Source: Emiliania huxleyi CCMP1516 (lineage: Eukaryota). Taken from it: DNA of 64,000 nt. The stretch's first letter is position 1, and each line of letters begins with the position of its first letter. Below the pieces are notes generated by a model, which had not been told where the DNA came from, did no database searches, and saw only the letters and a program-made list of their open reading frames with translations. This document shows positions 12,447 to 22,800 of this stretch, piece after piece. The stretch spans positions 310,001-374,000 of the forward strand of contig NW_005202427.1 in assembly GCF_000372725.1 (NCBI RefSeq), read 5' to 3'. The position numbers and the translations under genes were made by a program.

Positions 12447-13697
12447 ATGTGGTTTTGCGAGGCGTGCTCCGTCAGCGTGCCGCGGAATCCCGGCGCGCTG
12501 AAGCAGCACCTCGAGGGGAAGCGGCACGCAGCGATGCGCTTCTACGGCGACCCAACGGCGGCCGTCCGGCGCATCGAGCTGCGCAATCCGGGCCCGTCCC
12601 AGTCTCTCGAACTGGCGCTTCGGCCGCATGAGGTGAGCGACGCGGCCGCCGCCGCGACGTGCGAGGCTCGCGCGCTCGTGCGCAAGAGGCTAGTGGTGCA
12701 CACGGGCGTCGCCTACCAGAACCAGGCGTGGGCGCTCCTCACGCCGGAAGCGCTCTGCGGGGGGGTTCTGCAGCTCGAAGCGGCGATCTCCGCCCGGGCC
12801 GTTCCTTGTGTGGAGTGCCTCGACCGCGCCCAGTGTGCCTGCGACACCTTCGAGGCGCACTGCGCGCGGCTGCTGTCCGGATGCGCCCCTGCGTCGCCGC
12901 TCTTTCTGCTCGCTCTGGCGCAGCGCCTCGGCGGCGGCGGCGGCGGCGGCCGCGGTGGAGGCGGTGGCGATCGGGGCGGCGGCGGTGGCGGGCGCCCCTC
13001 CGTCAGGCCGGCTCGCCCTTCCTCCAGCGACGGGCCAAGCTTGGCTGCTCGGGTCGCAGCCCTGCCGCACTGCAGCCGGGAGACGTCGGGCGGCGCAGGA
13101 GAGAGGCTCGTGGTCGCCGTCGCGGCTCGGAGTGGCGTCCTTGCCGAGATGGTCCTGGTGACTGCCCTCGATGCTCTCTGCGCCGCACTGCCACGCGCAG
13201 CGCACAGCGTGCCGTTGCGGCGCCCTTCGGCCGCCTCGCTAGGCGGCGGCGGCGGCGTTCCTCCCCCGGGCGGGCGCCTCGACCTCACGCTGCGGCTGGG
13301 CGGCGCCGTCTGCTCGCGCCGCCACGCTGCCCAGCTGCTAAAGACGCTCGGAGGCGCGCTCCGCGCGGCCAGCACGCCGCTCGGCGTGCGGCGCGTGCGG
13401 CTCGAGGTGCGCGGCGACGCGTGGCGAGAGGAGGACGGGAGGGCGCTCGCCGCGGCGGCGGCGGCGCACTGGTGGGCGACGGCCCGGAGCGTGCTGCTCG
13501 GGACGCACGAGCGGGTCGGGGCGGCGAGCCCGCTGCGCAGGCTGCCGCTCGCGTTGGTGCGCTTGATCCTCGAGGCAGCGCGGCCGCAGTGTGAGGTTGC
13601 CGCCGAGCTGGTGGCGGAGGCCGGGCCGGCGCCGAGTGAGCCGCGCGCTGGTGCGGGCGGCGCGGACCTCGACTTTGTGGCCTCGCTCGTCGGCTGA
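12447..13697 (+). CDS. U1/matrin-type C2H2 zinc-finger protein with C-terminal LGTHERVGAASPLRRLP motif
   Basis: MWFCEACSVSVPRNPGALKQHLEGKRH at the N-terminus; long GC3-rich ORF, possibly containing an in-frame intron. Confidence 0.6.
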   Translation: MWFCEACSVSVPRNPGALKQHLEGKRHAAMRFYGDPTAAVRRIELRNPGPSQSLELALRPHEVSDAAAAATCEARALVRKRLVVHTGVAYQNQAWALLTPEALCGGVLQLEAAISARAVPCVECLDRAQCACDTFEAHCARLLSGCAPASPLFLLALAQRLGGGGGGGRGGGGGDRGGGGGGRPSVRPARPSSSDGPSLAARVAALPHCSRETSGGAGERLVVAVAARSGVLAEMVLVTALDALCAALPRAAHSVPLRRPSAASLGGGGGVPPPGGRLDLTLRLGGAVCSRRHAAQLLKTLGGALRAASTPLGVRRVRLEVRGDAWREEDGRALAAAAAAHWWATARSVLLGTHERVGAASPLRRLPLALVRLILEAARPQCEVAAELVAEAGPAPSEPRAGAGGADLDFVASLVG

Positions 13698-14029
13698 GTC
13701 AGGTGGTGTTCGTGCTGGGGCGTCACATCGGACTGGTGATTCCGGAACTGTGCTGTACTTTACCTCTTTTTATTAGAGGCGACGCAGTGTTGTCGATTCA
13801 CTCGATTGAAGATTTTGAAAACACATTTGATAAAAAATCTAAAAAAAATCTGTGTGAGTGTGCAACAAGATCAGGCAGAGAAGGCGAGACGGCGGCGAGG
13901 CCGCGGTCGAAGAAGTATAAGAGGGGAAGGCGGGCTCCGCGCAGCCCGGCAGCCGACGCCGGACCATCCGGAAAGCGAACAGGAGGGAGGACCACCGGGA
14001 GGAGAGGGGCGAGCCCCCTCGGATGGGGG

Positions 14030-14173
14030 GTGGGGGGATCGGGCGGAGGAGCCCTGAGTGGCGATGTCGGGTGAGAGCGTACGTCATGCTCGTGTCTGGT
14101 GTTTACTAGCTCCGAGTAGAGGGCGTTCCGCCGCTAGGCGGGACACCCAAAGCGCAGAACCAACCCTCGGAGA
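14030..14173 (-). mobile_element. Diverged copy of the second half of the ~300-bp Ngaro/DIRS-like repeat family
   Basis: The reverse complement GTCTCCGAGGGTTGG...CCCTCTACTCGGAGCTA...CTCAGGGC matches about 18930-19055 and 40206-40316. Confidence 0.7.
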
Positions 14174-14489
14174 CTGCTGCTGCTGCTGCTGTTACGTCTT
14201 CGGTCCCCGCGGGAAGCCCCGCGCATAGGACAACAACGTCTGTCCCACACACACACAGACGCGCACATACATCATGCTCGGGCACACCCCACAGTGTAGT
14301 GGTGTGAGTACACAAATACTAGCACTCTGCTTGGCCAAAGTACAGGTTTCGATCCGGGCCACCGCAAATTTTGATCAGCAAATTTCGAGGGGCGGCCGCA
14401 AATTTTGAGGTAGATTTTGATTGTCAAAACGTGTCCGTCTTGGCACAGGATAGAGCGCATATAGGCGGCGAACACCCAGGGGCGCAGGG

Positions 14490-15081
14490 ACATCGCGACT
14501 CTGCCCGCTCGCTCGACCCTTTTGCCGCGAGAGGGCGCCGGCCGCGTGTAAGAGGTGGCTGGCGCCCTGAGGCGGCAATTGGTGGCGTGGGGAGTGCGGA
14601 ACGCTACTGGCGGCGCGACAGGGCCTCTCTCGATTGCGTGTGCCGCCCATCGGCACGCGGGTGCGCAGACATCGCGACTCTGCCCGCTCGCTCGACCCTT
14701 TTGCCGCGAGAGGGCGCCGGCCGCGTGTAAGAGGTGGCTGGCGGCCTGGCGCCCTGAGGCGGCATTTGGTGGGGTCAGCGTGCGGTGCTGAGTCTTACTC
14801 GTCGGCGCTGGGGCCACAGATCCCAGCGCAGAACTCTGCAACGCTGGCATACAAACACAAGAAGACTAACCCTAACCCTAACCCTAACCCTAACCCTAAC
14901 CCTAACCCTAACCCTAGGTCAGCGTGCGGTGCTGAGTCTTACTCGTCGGCGCTGGGGCCAGATCCCAGCGCAGAACCCTGCAACGCTGGCATATACAAAC
15001 ACAACAAGACTAACCCTGACCCTAACCCTAACCCTAACCCTAACCCTAACCCTCTAACCCTAATAACCGCCTAACCTAACC
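14490..15081. repeat. Internally duplicated element with interstitial telomere-type (CCCTAA)n tracts
   Basis: Duplications at about 14490-14590/14670-14770 and 14774-14916/14917-15050. (CCCTAA)n tracts at 14866-14916 and 15010-15081. Confidence 0.9.
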
Positions 15082-15519
15082 CACCCCCACAACTCCACAC
15101 CGCAAATTTGAAAGATTTTGATGAAAATCAGGCCCGACTGCAAATTTCTTCAAAATTTTCGCAGGCGCTCCGCGCCTGCAGATTTTGAAATAAATTCGAG
15201 AGACGCCCGCGTCCCACGGCTCTTGTTTCTGTCATGGAATTGTTTCTGTCATGTACGTAATGCGCTATGCGGGGCCCGTTGTGGGACGGGACGCTCGCCA
15301 CACGCGCGCCAACACCTTCCTTGTCTCCAAGCGAACCAAGCCGCCGCCGCGCCGCGGCCCGGCGCCCGATGTGACCAGCCGGCGCGCGGGTGTACGCACT
15401 GCCAGCTCACACCAGACACTCGCCACAGCGAGACAGCGCGGCCACATGCATTCAAACGTAAGAAGCAGAGTACTGCGCTTTCCGCACCGGAAAGGGCGGG
15501 AGGGCCTCCCTCCCAGCGC

Positions 15520-17055
15520 TCACTCGATCACCTCCACCTCCTCGTCGTCGTCGTCCTCGTCGTCCTCCTCCTCCTCCTCCTTTTGCGGCAGCGGCGGCGG
15601 GGCGGCGGCGGTCTGAGACGCCTTGCCCTGCCGGCGCCGCTTGCTGAGCGGCGCGTCCTCGTCGTCGTCGTCGTCGTCGTCGTCCTCCTCCTTCTTGGTT
15701 GGCGGCTGGGCGGCCTCTGCGGACGGGCTGCCGGGCGCGGGCGCGAAGGCCTCCATCTCGCGCGCGTGGCGGGCGCGGTCCCGCTTCGAGGCCTCCACCC
15801 ACGGCGCCTTTGCCTCGTCGGAGAGGGACCTCCACCTGTTCACAGCTCGGCGCCTGAAGTACCGCCCTCCTCACCCGCACCAGTTCTGGTCGCAGAGGGG
15901 GCGTCCACTTTGCGCCGAGCGCCTTGCCCGCCTCGCCAAAGGAGAGCGGCGCGTACTCGGCCGCCTGCCGCTCCTCCTTGCACCAGAGCGTGTACGCCGA
16001 GGCCACCCCCTTCGGCGCGCCAGCCGCTTTCTTGGCCCGTTTTCCCGCCGGCTTGCCCTCCGGCTTGGCCGCAGACTTGGCCGCGGGCTTTGGCAGCGCC
16101 GCCGCCTCGCTGCCGCCCGCCTCCGCCTCGCCTCCGGACCGCGCCGCCGCGGCGCGTGGCTTCGTCGCCGGCGTCCCGACGGGCACCTGCCGGCGGGACG
16201 GGACTTGAGGGCGACTTGAGGGCGCGGCGCGGCGGGGCGGGGCGGCGAGTGACGGGGCGTGCAAAGCTGGGGCGTGCCTCGCGAGAGGAGATGTCTCGCC
16301 CTTCGAGGGCGTCGACCGCCCACTGCCGGTGCTCCGCCTCGAGCTCGTCCAGCCCGCCGATCGTGGCGGCCGTCACCGAGACGCCCTCGACGGACAGGTA
16401 CCGCGTGAGCAGCGCCGCAGCATTCGCCGGCTTGTAGATCTGCTGCGCCTGGCGAGGAGGGGCGGCGCCGCTCGTCCTGCTTCCTTTGGCGAGTGTGCCG
16501 CCGCGTCCCCTCTTCACGCGCGCAGCTGTGAGCGCTGCCAGCGGACGGGCGCGGCGGTGCCACGAAGCGGCGGCGGCAGGGCAAGGGCCCGAGCTAAGGC
16601 GGAGGGCGGGCGCGCCTTTGCGACGACTTGTCCGCCGCACGAGGTCTTCATCATCCGCATCAGCAGGCGCGGCTCGCCTTTGCCGATCAGAGCGCCATCG
16701 CGGTCCGCGTTGCACCGCGCGCGGCCCGTAGGCGCGTACTCGATGCGCATGTTGAGCGCGAAACACTGCGGGTGCATCCACTGACGGATGCGGCGGCAGA
16801 AACGCGTGAGCGTGAGGGGGCGTGCGGAGGCGTTTCGCCGCAGGGAGCCGGGTTCGAGGGCGGGCGCGTGAGGGCGGAGACGGGATGGCGGGGTGGAGGG
16901 CGACGCGCCTTCATGCAAGACACGCCGCTCGAGCGCCCAACCATGCCGACGCGATTCTCGCCCTTCCCGATCGACTCGCCGCAGGTCTGGCACGAGGACC
17001 GTCCAGAGGTGGCGACGACGACTTCGGGGTGGTCCTGCTGGCTCAGTCCCGACAT
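15520..17055 (-). CDS. PARP-type zinc-finger (x2) plus HMG-box protein with acidic tail; about 5 exons
   Basis: ATSGRSSCQTCGESIGKGENRVG/WMHPQCF (CxxC..HxxC) and a second degenerate IEYAPTGRARC..IGKGEPRL. HMG box APKGVASAYTLWCKEER..LSFGEAGKALGAK/WRSLSDEAKAPWVEASKRDRARHAREM. Poly-D/E tail. Confidence 0.8.
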
Positions 17056-17402
17056 GTCGCCTCGGTGGTCGGCAGGACGCTCTTTCTGGTCGTTGGAGCG
17101 AGAGGAAGAGAAATCGGAAAGGCACCATCGTAGAGCACTTAAGTGCAAGTGCTCTGTGTCTTGATTTGCCAATAATATACCCCAGACTTGCGTCACTACG
17201 TGCCTCCCCGTCTTTGTTACCTTTCCTTTTGTGCCCCTTTTGTCCCGCTCCCGTGCCCCCGAGTTCATTTTACACAACAGACTTGTTTCTCGTTTGAGTC
17301 TCTCTTCTCGTTTGTGTGGAAGCTTCTCGGCAGCTGCTTCTCGGCCCGCTCCGTCGGCCCCCGGCAATGCTCCGCGCTGTAGTTGGTAGAAGTCCGTCGG
17401 CA

Positions 17403-17963
17403 ATGCTCAGCGCACCAGTCCTACTGTCGAGCCTTCTGCTGCTGCGCGGGTCGGAGGCCTTCTCGCCCGTGGCGGCCAGAGCAGGCGGCGTCGGGAGCCC
17501 GTGCCGCGCTGCTGTACGCCTCGGTTTCTTTGACATGTTCCAAGAGTCGGCCGAGTCCAAGGCGCGCAAGGAGGCGGAGTGGGAGGCGCAGCAAGCCATG
17601 CTTGCGCGGCGCCGCAATCCCGAGGCGATGGAGGCGTACCAGAGCGAGGTGGAGGAGCGCCGCGCGGAGATTTCATCCAAGGACGCAGAGCTGAAGGAGC
17701 TGCAAAAAACGGGAGACATCGAGGCCTGGGAGGCGCTGCGAGCGGAGGGCAAGCTGCAGGGCTCGGACGAGCTCGAGCGCGAGGCCGGCGAGCGCTCGTG
17801 GGGCGGCGAGGGCCTCGTGGCCGAGCGGATAGACACCCGGCTTCCCTTTGTCGACTCGGGGTACGTGGACGAGTCGGCCCCGTCCTTGCCCGACATGCCC
17901 GACCTGCTCGGCGGGCTCAAGGGGCTCTTTGGAGGCGGCGAGGAGAAGAGCGAGCAACAGTGA
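17403..17963 (+). CDS. Probable plastid-targeted protein of unknown function
   Basis: Signal peptide ending in SEA-FSP, an Arg/Ala-rich transit-like stretch, then a charged helical domain (LGFFDMF...ARRRNPE). Alternative ATG at 17367. Confidence 0.65.
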   Translation: MLSAPVLLSSLLLLRGSEAFSPVAARAGGVGSPCRAAVRLGFFDMFQESAESKARKEAEWEAQQAMLARRRNPEAMEAYQSEVEERRAEISSKDAELKELQKTGDIEAWEALRAEGKLQGSDELEREAGERSWGGEGLVAERIDTRLPFVDSGYVDESAPSLPDMPDLLGGLKGLFGGGEEKSEQQ

Positions 17964-18076
17964 GATGATGGAGGCGCGGCAGTCCCGTTTTGTGGCGGTA
18001 GAGTCCATGTTTCCCATCTGAATCTATGACTATGTCCCGGGGCCCTCTGCCTCTCCGCCGTCTCTCTCTCTTTGTA

Positions 18077-19321
18077 GAGAGAGATTTTTTAGCAATACCA
18101 AACAACTCTAACACTCACACGTCAGTTGGGGCCTTTTGTTTTTGTTGCTCTTTTCATGGATTCGTCGGAACGCTGCTGGATCTGTGCAGGGTCTAGGAGC
18201 ACTTGGAGCACTTGGAGTGCAGTCAGTACTCCACATCCAGGGCCGGGGAGCTGAGAAGCGCACCCAGCGGGCCGGATGATCGGCATCGGGCTACGGGCTA
18301 GAGAGCCCTGACCCCTAGCTAGGGGGGGGTGCGCGTTCGCAGGGAAAGGGCCGTACGGGGTGTGGACCCTGAGTTGACCAGGGGTTGTGCGCTGGGCCCT
18401 CCTGCTCGGCTCCAGCCAGTAGACAAGTCTTGTCATCAACAGAGTAGAAGGATCTGACCTCGGGGCCGATGTGACCAAGCGCTGGTAGCGTGGTTTTACC
18501 TCACACCCACGGTCTCACAGTGTGCCGGCAGTCGCCGAGCAGTGTCGCTCACACAAGCCGCAGCACAAGTGACTGAGGGCCAGTGAGGGCGAGCCCATCG
18601 CTGTCACAGCTGTGGCAGCCGCACAGTAGGCTGTGTCAACTGTGCAGAGTGTGTGAGCAGCAGAGGAGCTGCTCTCCAGGCTTCTGTCGCAAAGAGCTGC
18701 ATGCCACCGAAAGCGCTGTCGAGGTTCGCCGAGCGCGGCGCAGGTTGAGGGACACCGTCACCGACGAGCGCGTTGGAGTATTCACTCCGGACAAAGACAG
18801 TGGCACGCACACGAGCTGCGGCCGTGCCACTGTCATAGTGGCGAGGCGCGGGACCGTCTGTGGCGAAGTGGGTCGCGTCCCTCGATTTCCTCAACTCACG
18901 GTCCGCTCCCTCTATAAGGGTAAACACGGGTCTCCGAGGGTTGGCTCCGCGCTCCGGGTTTCCCCTAGCAGCAGACCGCCCCCTCTACTCGGAGCTATAA
19001 TGAACACCAGACATGCACACGACACGCACTCTCACACGACGTCACCGCTCAGGGCCCCTTCGCGCGGGGTCCCCATCCCCACTCCGGAGGAGGCTCCCCT
19101 CTCCTCTGAGTTCTTCCTCTTGTTCGCCTTCCGTCTAGGTAGAGAATTTCTGTTTATTTTCAGAAGGAACGGTTCAATCGGTGTACGGTGGCCATGTATG
19201 TGTGTGTGGCCTGTGGCGCGCGATGCGGAGAGAGAGATTTTTAGCAATACCTTAAAGAGAGGTTACATACAGGCGTGTAAGGTCCGTTAGCCAATACCAA
19301 ACAACTCTAACACTCACACGT
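18077..19321. mobile_element. Nested repeat block: ~45-bp direct repeats enclosing a split copy of the ~300-bp Ngaro/DIRS-like element
   Basis: GAGAGATTTTTAGCAATACCAAACAACTCTAACACTCACACGT at about 18077-18122 and, interrupted, at 19229-19321. Element halves at about 18197-18354 and 18920-19110 are separated by ~560 bp absent from the 40043 and 41925 copies. Confidence 0.7.
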
Positions 19322-19556
19322 CATTGTTTTGCGATGCGGTGACACAAAAACGACAAACATGAAACAAAAACGACCGACACGTTGTCGATGTCGTTGAGAG
19401 AGAGATTTTTTTCTTCTTGAGATTTTTGAAAACCCACAAGAAATCACGACTCTCACAGTGATTTGGGCTCGGCAGCTTGTCAGCCCGTCACGTTGACACG
19501 CACGACACAAAAACGCTCCAGCCTCAAAAAGATCTGTCTCTCCTTCTCTCTCTCTC

Positions 19557-19627
19557 TGTTAGACCTAAAGGTCGGCGCCGGCAAAAGGTGGCCTAGTTGG
19601 TCGAAGCGCCGACCTTTAGGTCTAACA
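19557..19627. mobile_element. 71-bp micro-element with 22-bp perfect TIRs (TGT...ACA) and 5-bp TSD
   Basis: TGTTAGACCTAAAGGTCGGCGC / GCGCCGACCTTTAGGTCTAACA, flanked by CTCTC on both sides. Confidence 0.75.
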
Positions 19628-19899
19628 CTCTCTTCATGCAACAACCTGCTCCACGAGACCTGAGACCTCCCGCCTCCCCCACAGTCCCCCACCAAGTCGT
19701 ACGCGCTGTCACACGAAGACTGTCATGAGGAAAAGAGTAAAACCGTTACATGATAAAAAAAGGCAAGGAGGTGGGCGCGGTGGGACTAAACAACGGCGTA
19801 TCCACTACATCGTGCGGCCCTACACCTTGGAACCCCTGCTCGTTCACCACTGCCTTCACCTCCCTCTCCTGCTCCTGACGGAGCGATCGGTGCCATCGT

Positions 19900-22800
19900 A
19901 TGGTCTCCAATCTCAGCGAGAGTGACCTCTATAGCTGGCTCCGTTCTCTCGACACTGAGTCGCGCGCTCGGTTGCTACGGTCGCTCTCCACGCTCGAGCA
20001 GCAGCAGCCCAGCGAGCAGCAGCCCAGCAGCAGCAGCGAGCCGCAGTTTGCGGCACAGCCAGCGTGCAGTCAGGACCTCCAGCTGGGAGCCGAGCCTCCG
20101 CCTGAAGCGGGCAGGCCGGCTGGCCCGCTGCAGCCGCCGCCACCGCCGCCGCTCCCGCTTCGAGTGGTGCCGCAAGCGCAGGCGCCGTCCGATGGGGAAG
20201 AGCCTGGGGAGCCGAGCGATGGCCTCCTTCCGCGCAGGGTGCGCTTCGGTGATCGCATTCTCGAGGGAGCCGCCGCCGCGGCAGCCGCCGCCGCCGCAGC
20301 TGCCGCCTCCCTCACTTCATATCGCGGTTCGCCTCCAGAAGGTTCGGCGCCGCCAGAGGACGCGTGCGCCGCGCTAGAGGCCGTCATCGTCGACGTCGAT
20401 CCCGCGGCAGACACGGCTCCCGAGGCTGCGACCGCGGAGGCGGCGCCGCTTGCCGCCCCGGCAGGCTTGCCGCTACCCACGGCGATTCCACCGCTGCCGC
20501 AGCCGGCTTCGCCATTGCAGAGGCCGCCGCTGGTGCCGCCGCCGCCGCCTCCTCCGCCGCCTCCGCAGCCGCAGCCGCAGCAGGGCCAGCCGTCGGGACA
20601 GCAGCAGGGTCAGCCGTGGGGACAGCAGCAGGGGCAGCAGCAAGGGCAGCAGCAAGGGCAGCAGCAAGAGCAGCAGCGGGGGCAGCAGCAAGGGCAGCAG
20701 CAGGGGCAGCAGCAGGGGGTCGAGGCAGAGGGCTCCTCGTCGGAGCCCTCCTGCGCTAGCGCCAGCGGCTGGCTCTCGCAGTCCGCCCCGAGCAGGCTCG
20801 CCCTCGACCGAGGCGCCGGAGGAAGAGGCAGCAGCACGACGATGTCGCAGATGCGGTACCTGGACCCGGCCGACCCCGAGGCGCCGCTGCGCGAGGTGTG
20901 GGGCCCCGTCCCCCGGCCGGTCGACCAGCTGTGGCAGCTCAACAGCTCGGCCGAGCTCGTCCTCTTTGCGCTCACTTGCGTCCTCCACCTCGCTACCATC
21001 TGCGCCGCCGTCGGCCTCGGGTTCGGGCGCGAGGCGGTGCCGGCGCAGGAGGACTACTTCGGGTGCAGCGGCAACATCAGCGGGCTCGTGGGCGAGGAGC
21101 ACGTCGCCGCCGCCGCCGCCGCCGCCGTCGACATGATCCTCTCGCGCGCCCTCCTCGCCGAGGCCTTTCTGATGGCTGCGTGCCTCACCTTCCTCGCCAC
21201 GCGGCGCTGCTCGGCCGCCCTCGCGATGGGCGTGCTCGGGTGACGGGCCACTGCCCCTCTGCGGCGCGCGCCCCGCCCCTCGGCGGTCCACGCCCCTCGC
21301 TGCAACCGTGCAGGTGGCACATCCTGCAGTACACGCCCGCGGCGCTCGCGTCGTCGTCGCACCCAGACGCGCTCTGCGACCTCGTGCTGCGGCGCGAGCG
21401 GGCGGCGCGTGCTCCGGCCAGCGAGGGGTGGTGCTTCACGGCGCTGGCTGTGAGCAGGTGGGAGCTGGTTGCGTACGGAGAGCTCTCCCTCTCCCTCGAC
21501 GGCTACATGTGGGTGCTCACCCTCCTCCCGCTCCTCGCCTCGTGCGTGCTTCTCTCGCTGCTGCTGGTGCGCCTCGCCCACACAACCACTCCTCCGCACA
21601 CGAGCCGCCACCCCTCCCCCCCTGCCCCCTCCCTCGGCCCCCCTGCCTCGCCCGCTCCCCCCCTCCGCCTCAGCCCCCGCGCCCCACCGCTTCCTCCACC
21701 CGCCACACATCAACACACCACACACGCACACGCCCCGCCCGCTCCGCGCCAGGTGCGCCTCCGCGTCGCCAAGGCGACGGAGGCGATGCGCATCGCCGAG
21801 CTGCGACTCCGCTCCTCGTCGCGCGAGTCGCAGCTCTCGGTTCCTTCGTCGACGGTCCGCATGAAGCGCGCCATCCGCACGTCGGACGCGCTCGCCGCCG
21901 CCGACTTTTGCTCGGCGGTCACCGCTTGCTTCACGGCCGCCGCGCCGCTGCTGCTGCCGCAGCTGCCGTCGCTCCGCTGCGAGCAGAGCCTGTACTCGCC
22001 GTCGCACGAGTGCCCCGACGGCGGGAGGGCGGGCGTCGGCCTCTCCCTCGCGCTGGTGCTCGCCTACTACCCCCTCCTCCTTCTCCTCAACGCACGGTTG
22101 CGGGGAGGGTTCGGCGGGGCGAGGCGTCCCATGCCGTTCGGCCGGGTCGCCGTCGCGGTCGCCCTCCTCGCCGCGCTCGGCGCGAGGGCGAGCCTGCTCG
22201 TCCTGCTGCCGGTGACGCTGCTCAACGTGCTCTCCACGGTGCTGCAGGCCCTCTCCGCCGCCGCCACGCTGCACATGTTCCGCTCCGTGCGCGCCGCCTC
22301 GCGCTCGCAGCTGCGCGCGCTGCGGAACATCCGAAACGGCACTTTCCACCCGGTGCCGCTTCGCTTCCAGTCAGTGCTGCGTGTCAAGGACGCGTCCGAC
22401 ATCGAGGCGCTGCTGCGCGGCTGCACCGCCGTCCGCGTCGACGGCGTCGTCGTACGCCGCGTGCCGACCCGGCGCGAGCGCGCCGCGGCGAGCTGCGCGC
22501 GCGTGCGGGCGCGGCTCGGCCAGTCCGCGTGCGGCGGCTGGCTGCTGCGCGTGCCCGCGCGCGTCGGGGAGGCGCTGCTGAGCGCCCTGGGCTGCCTCTG
22601 TTGCTGCTGCCCGACGCCCGTCCGCGCCACCGCCCGCGCCGCCCGCTCCTCCCTCGGCCGGCTGCTCGGCGGCGGGAGGCCCGCACCGCGCGGCGGCGAC
22701 TCCTTCCACAGCAGCGTCGACTCGGAGCAGGGGCTCGGCAGCTCGTCCGAGGGCCGGCGGCGCGGCGCGGCCAAGCCGAGCGAGCTGTCGATCCTCCCGT

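Noticed and set aside
14325..14365. tRNA-like GGATCGAAACC (minus strand)
   Set aside because: No cloverleaf or A box around it.
14866..14916. True telomere
   Set aside because: Short, internal and flanked by genes on both sides.
15841..15909. GTGGA match at the intron start and next exon start in the HMG box
   Set aside because: Only 5 nt and overlapping the splice consensus; too short to count as a duplication.
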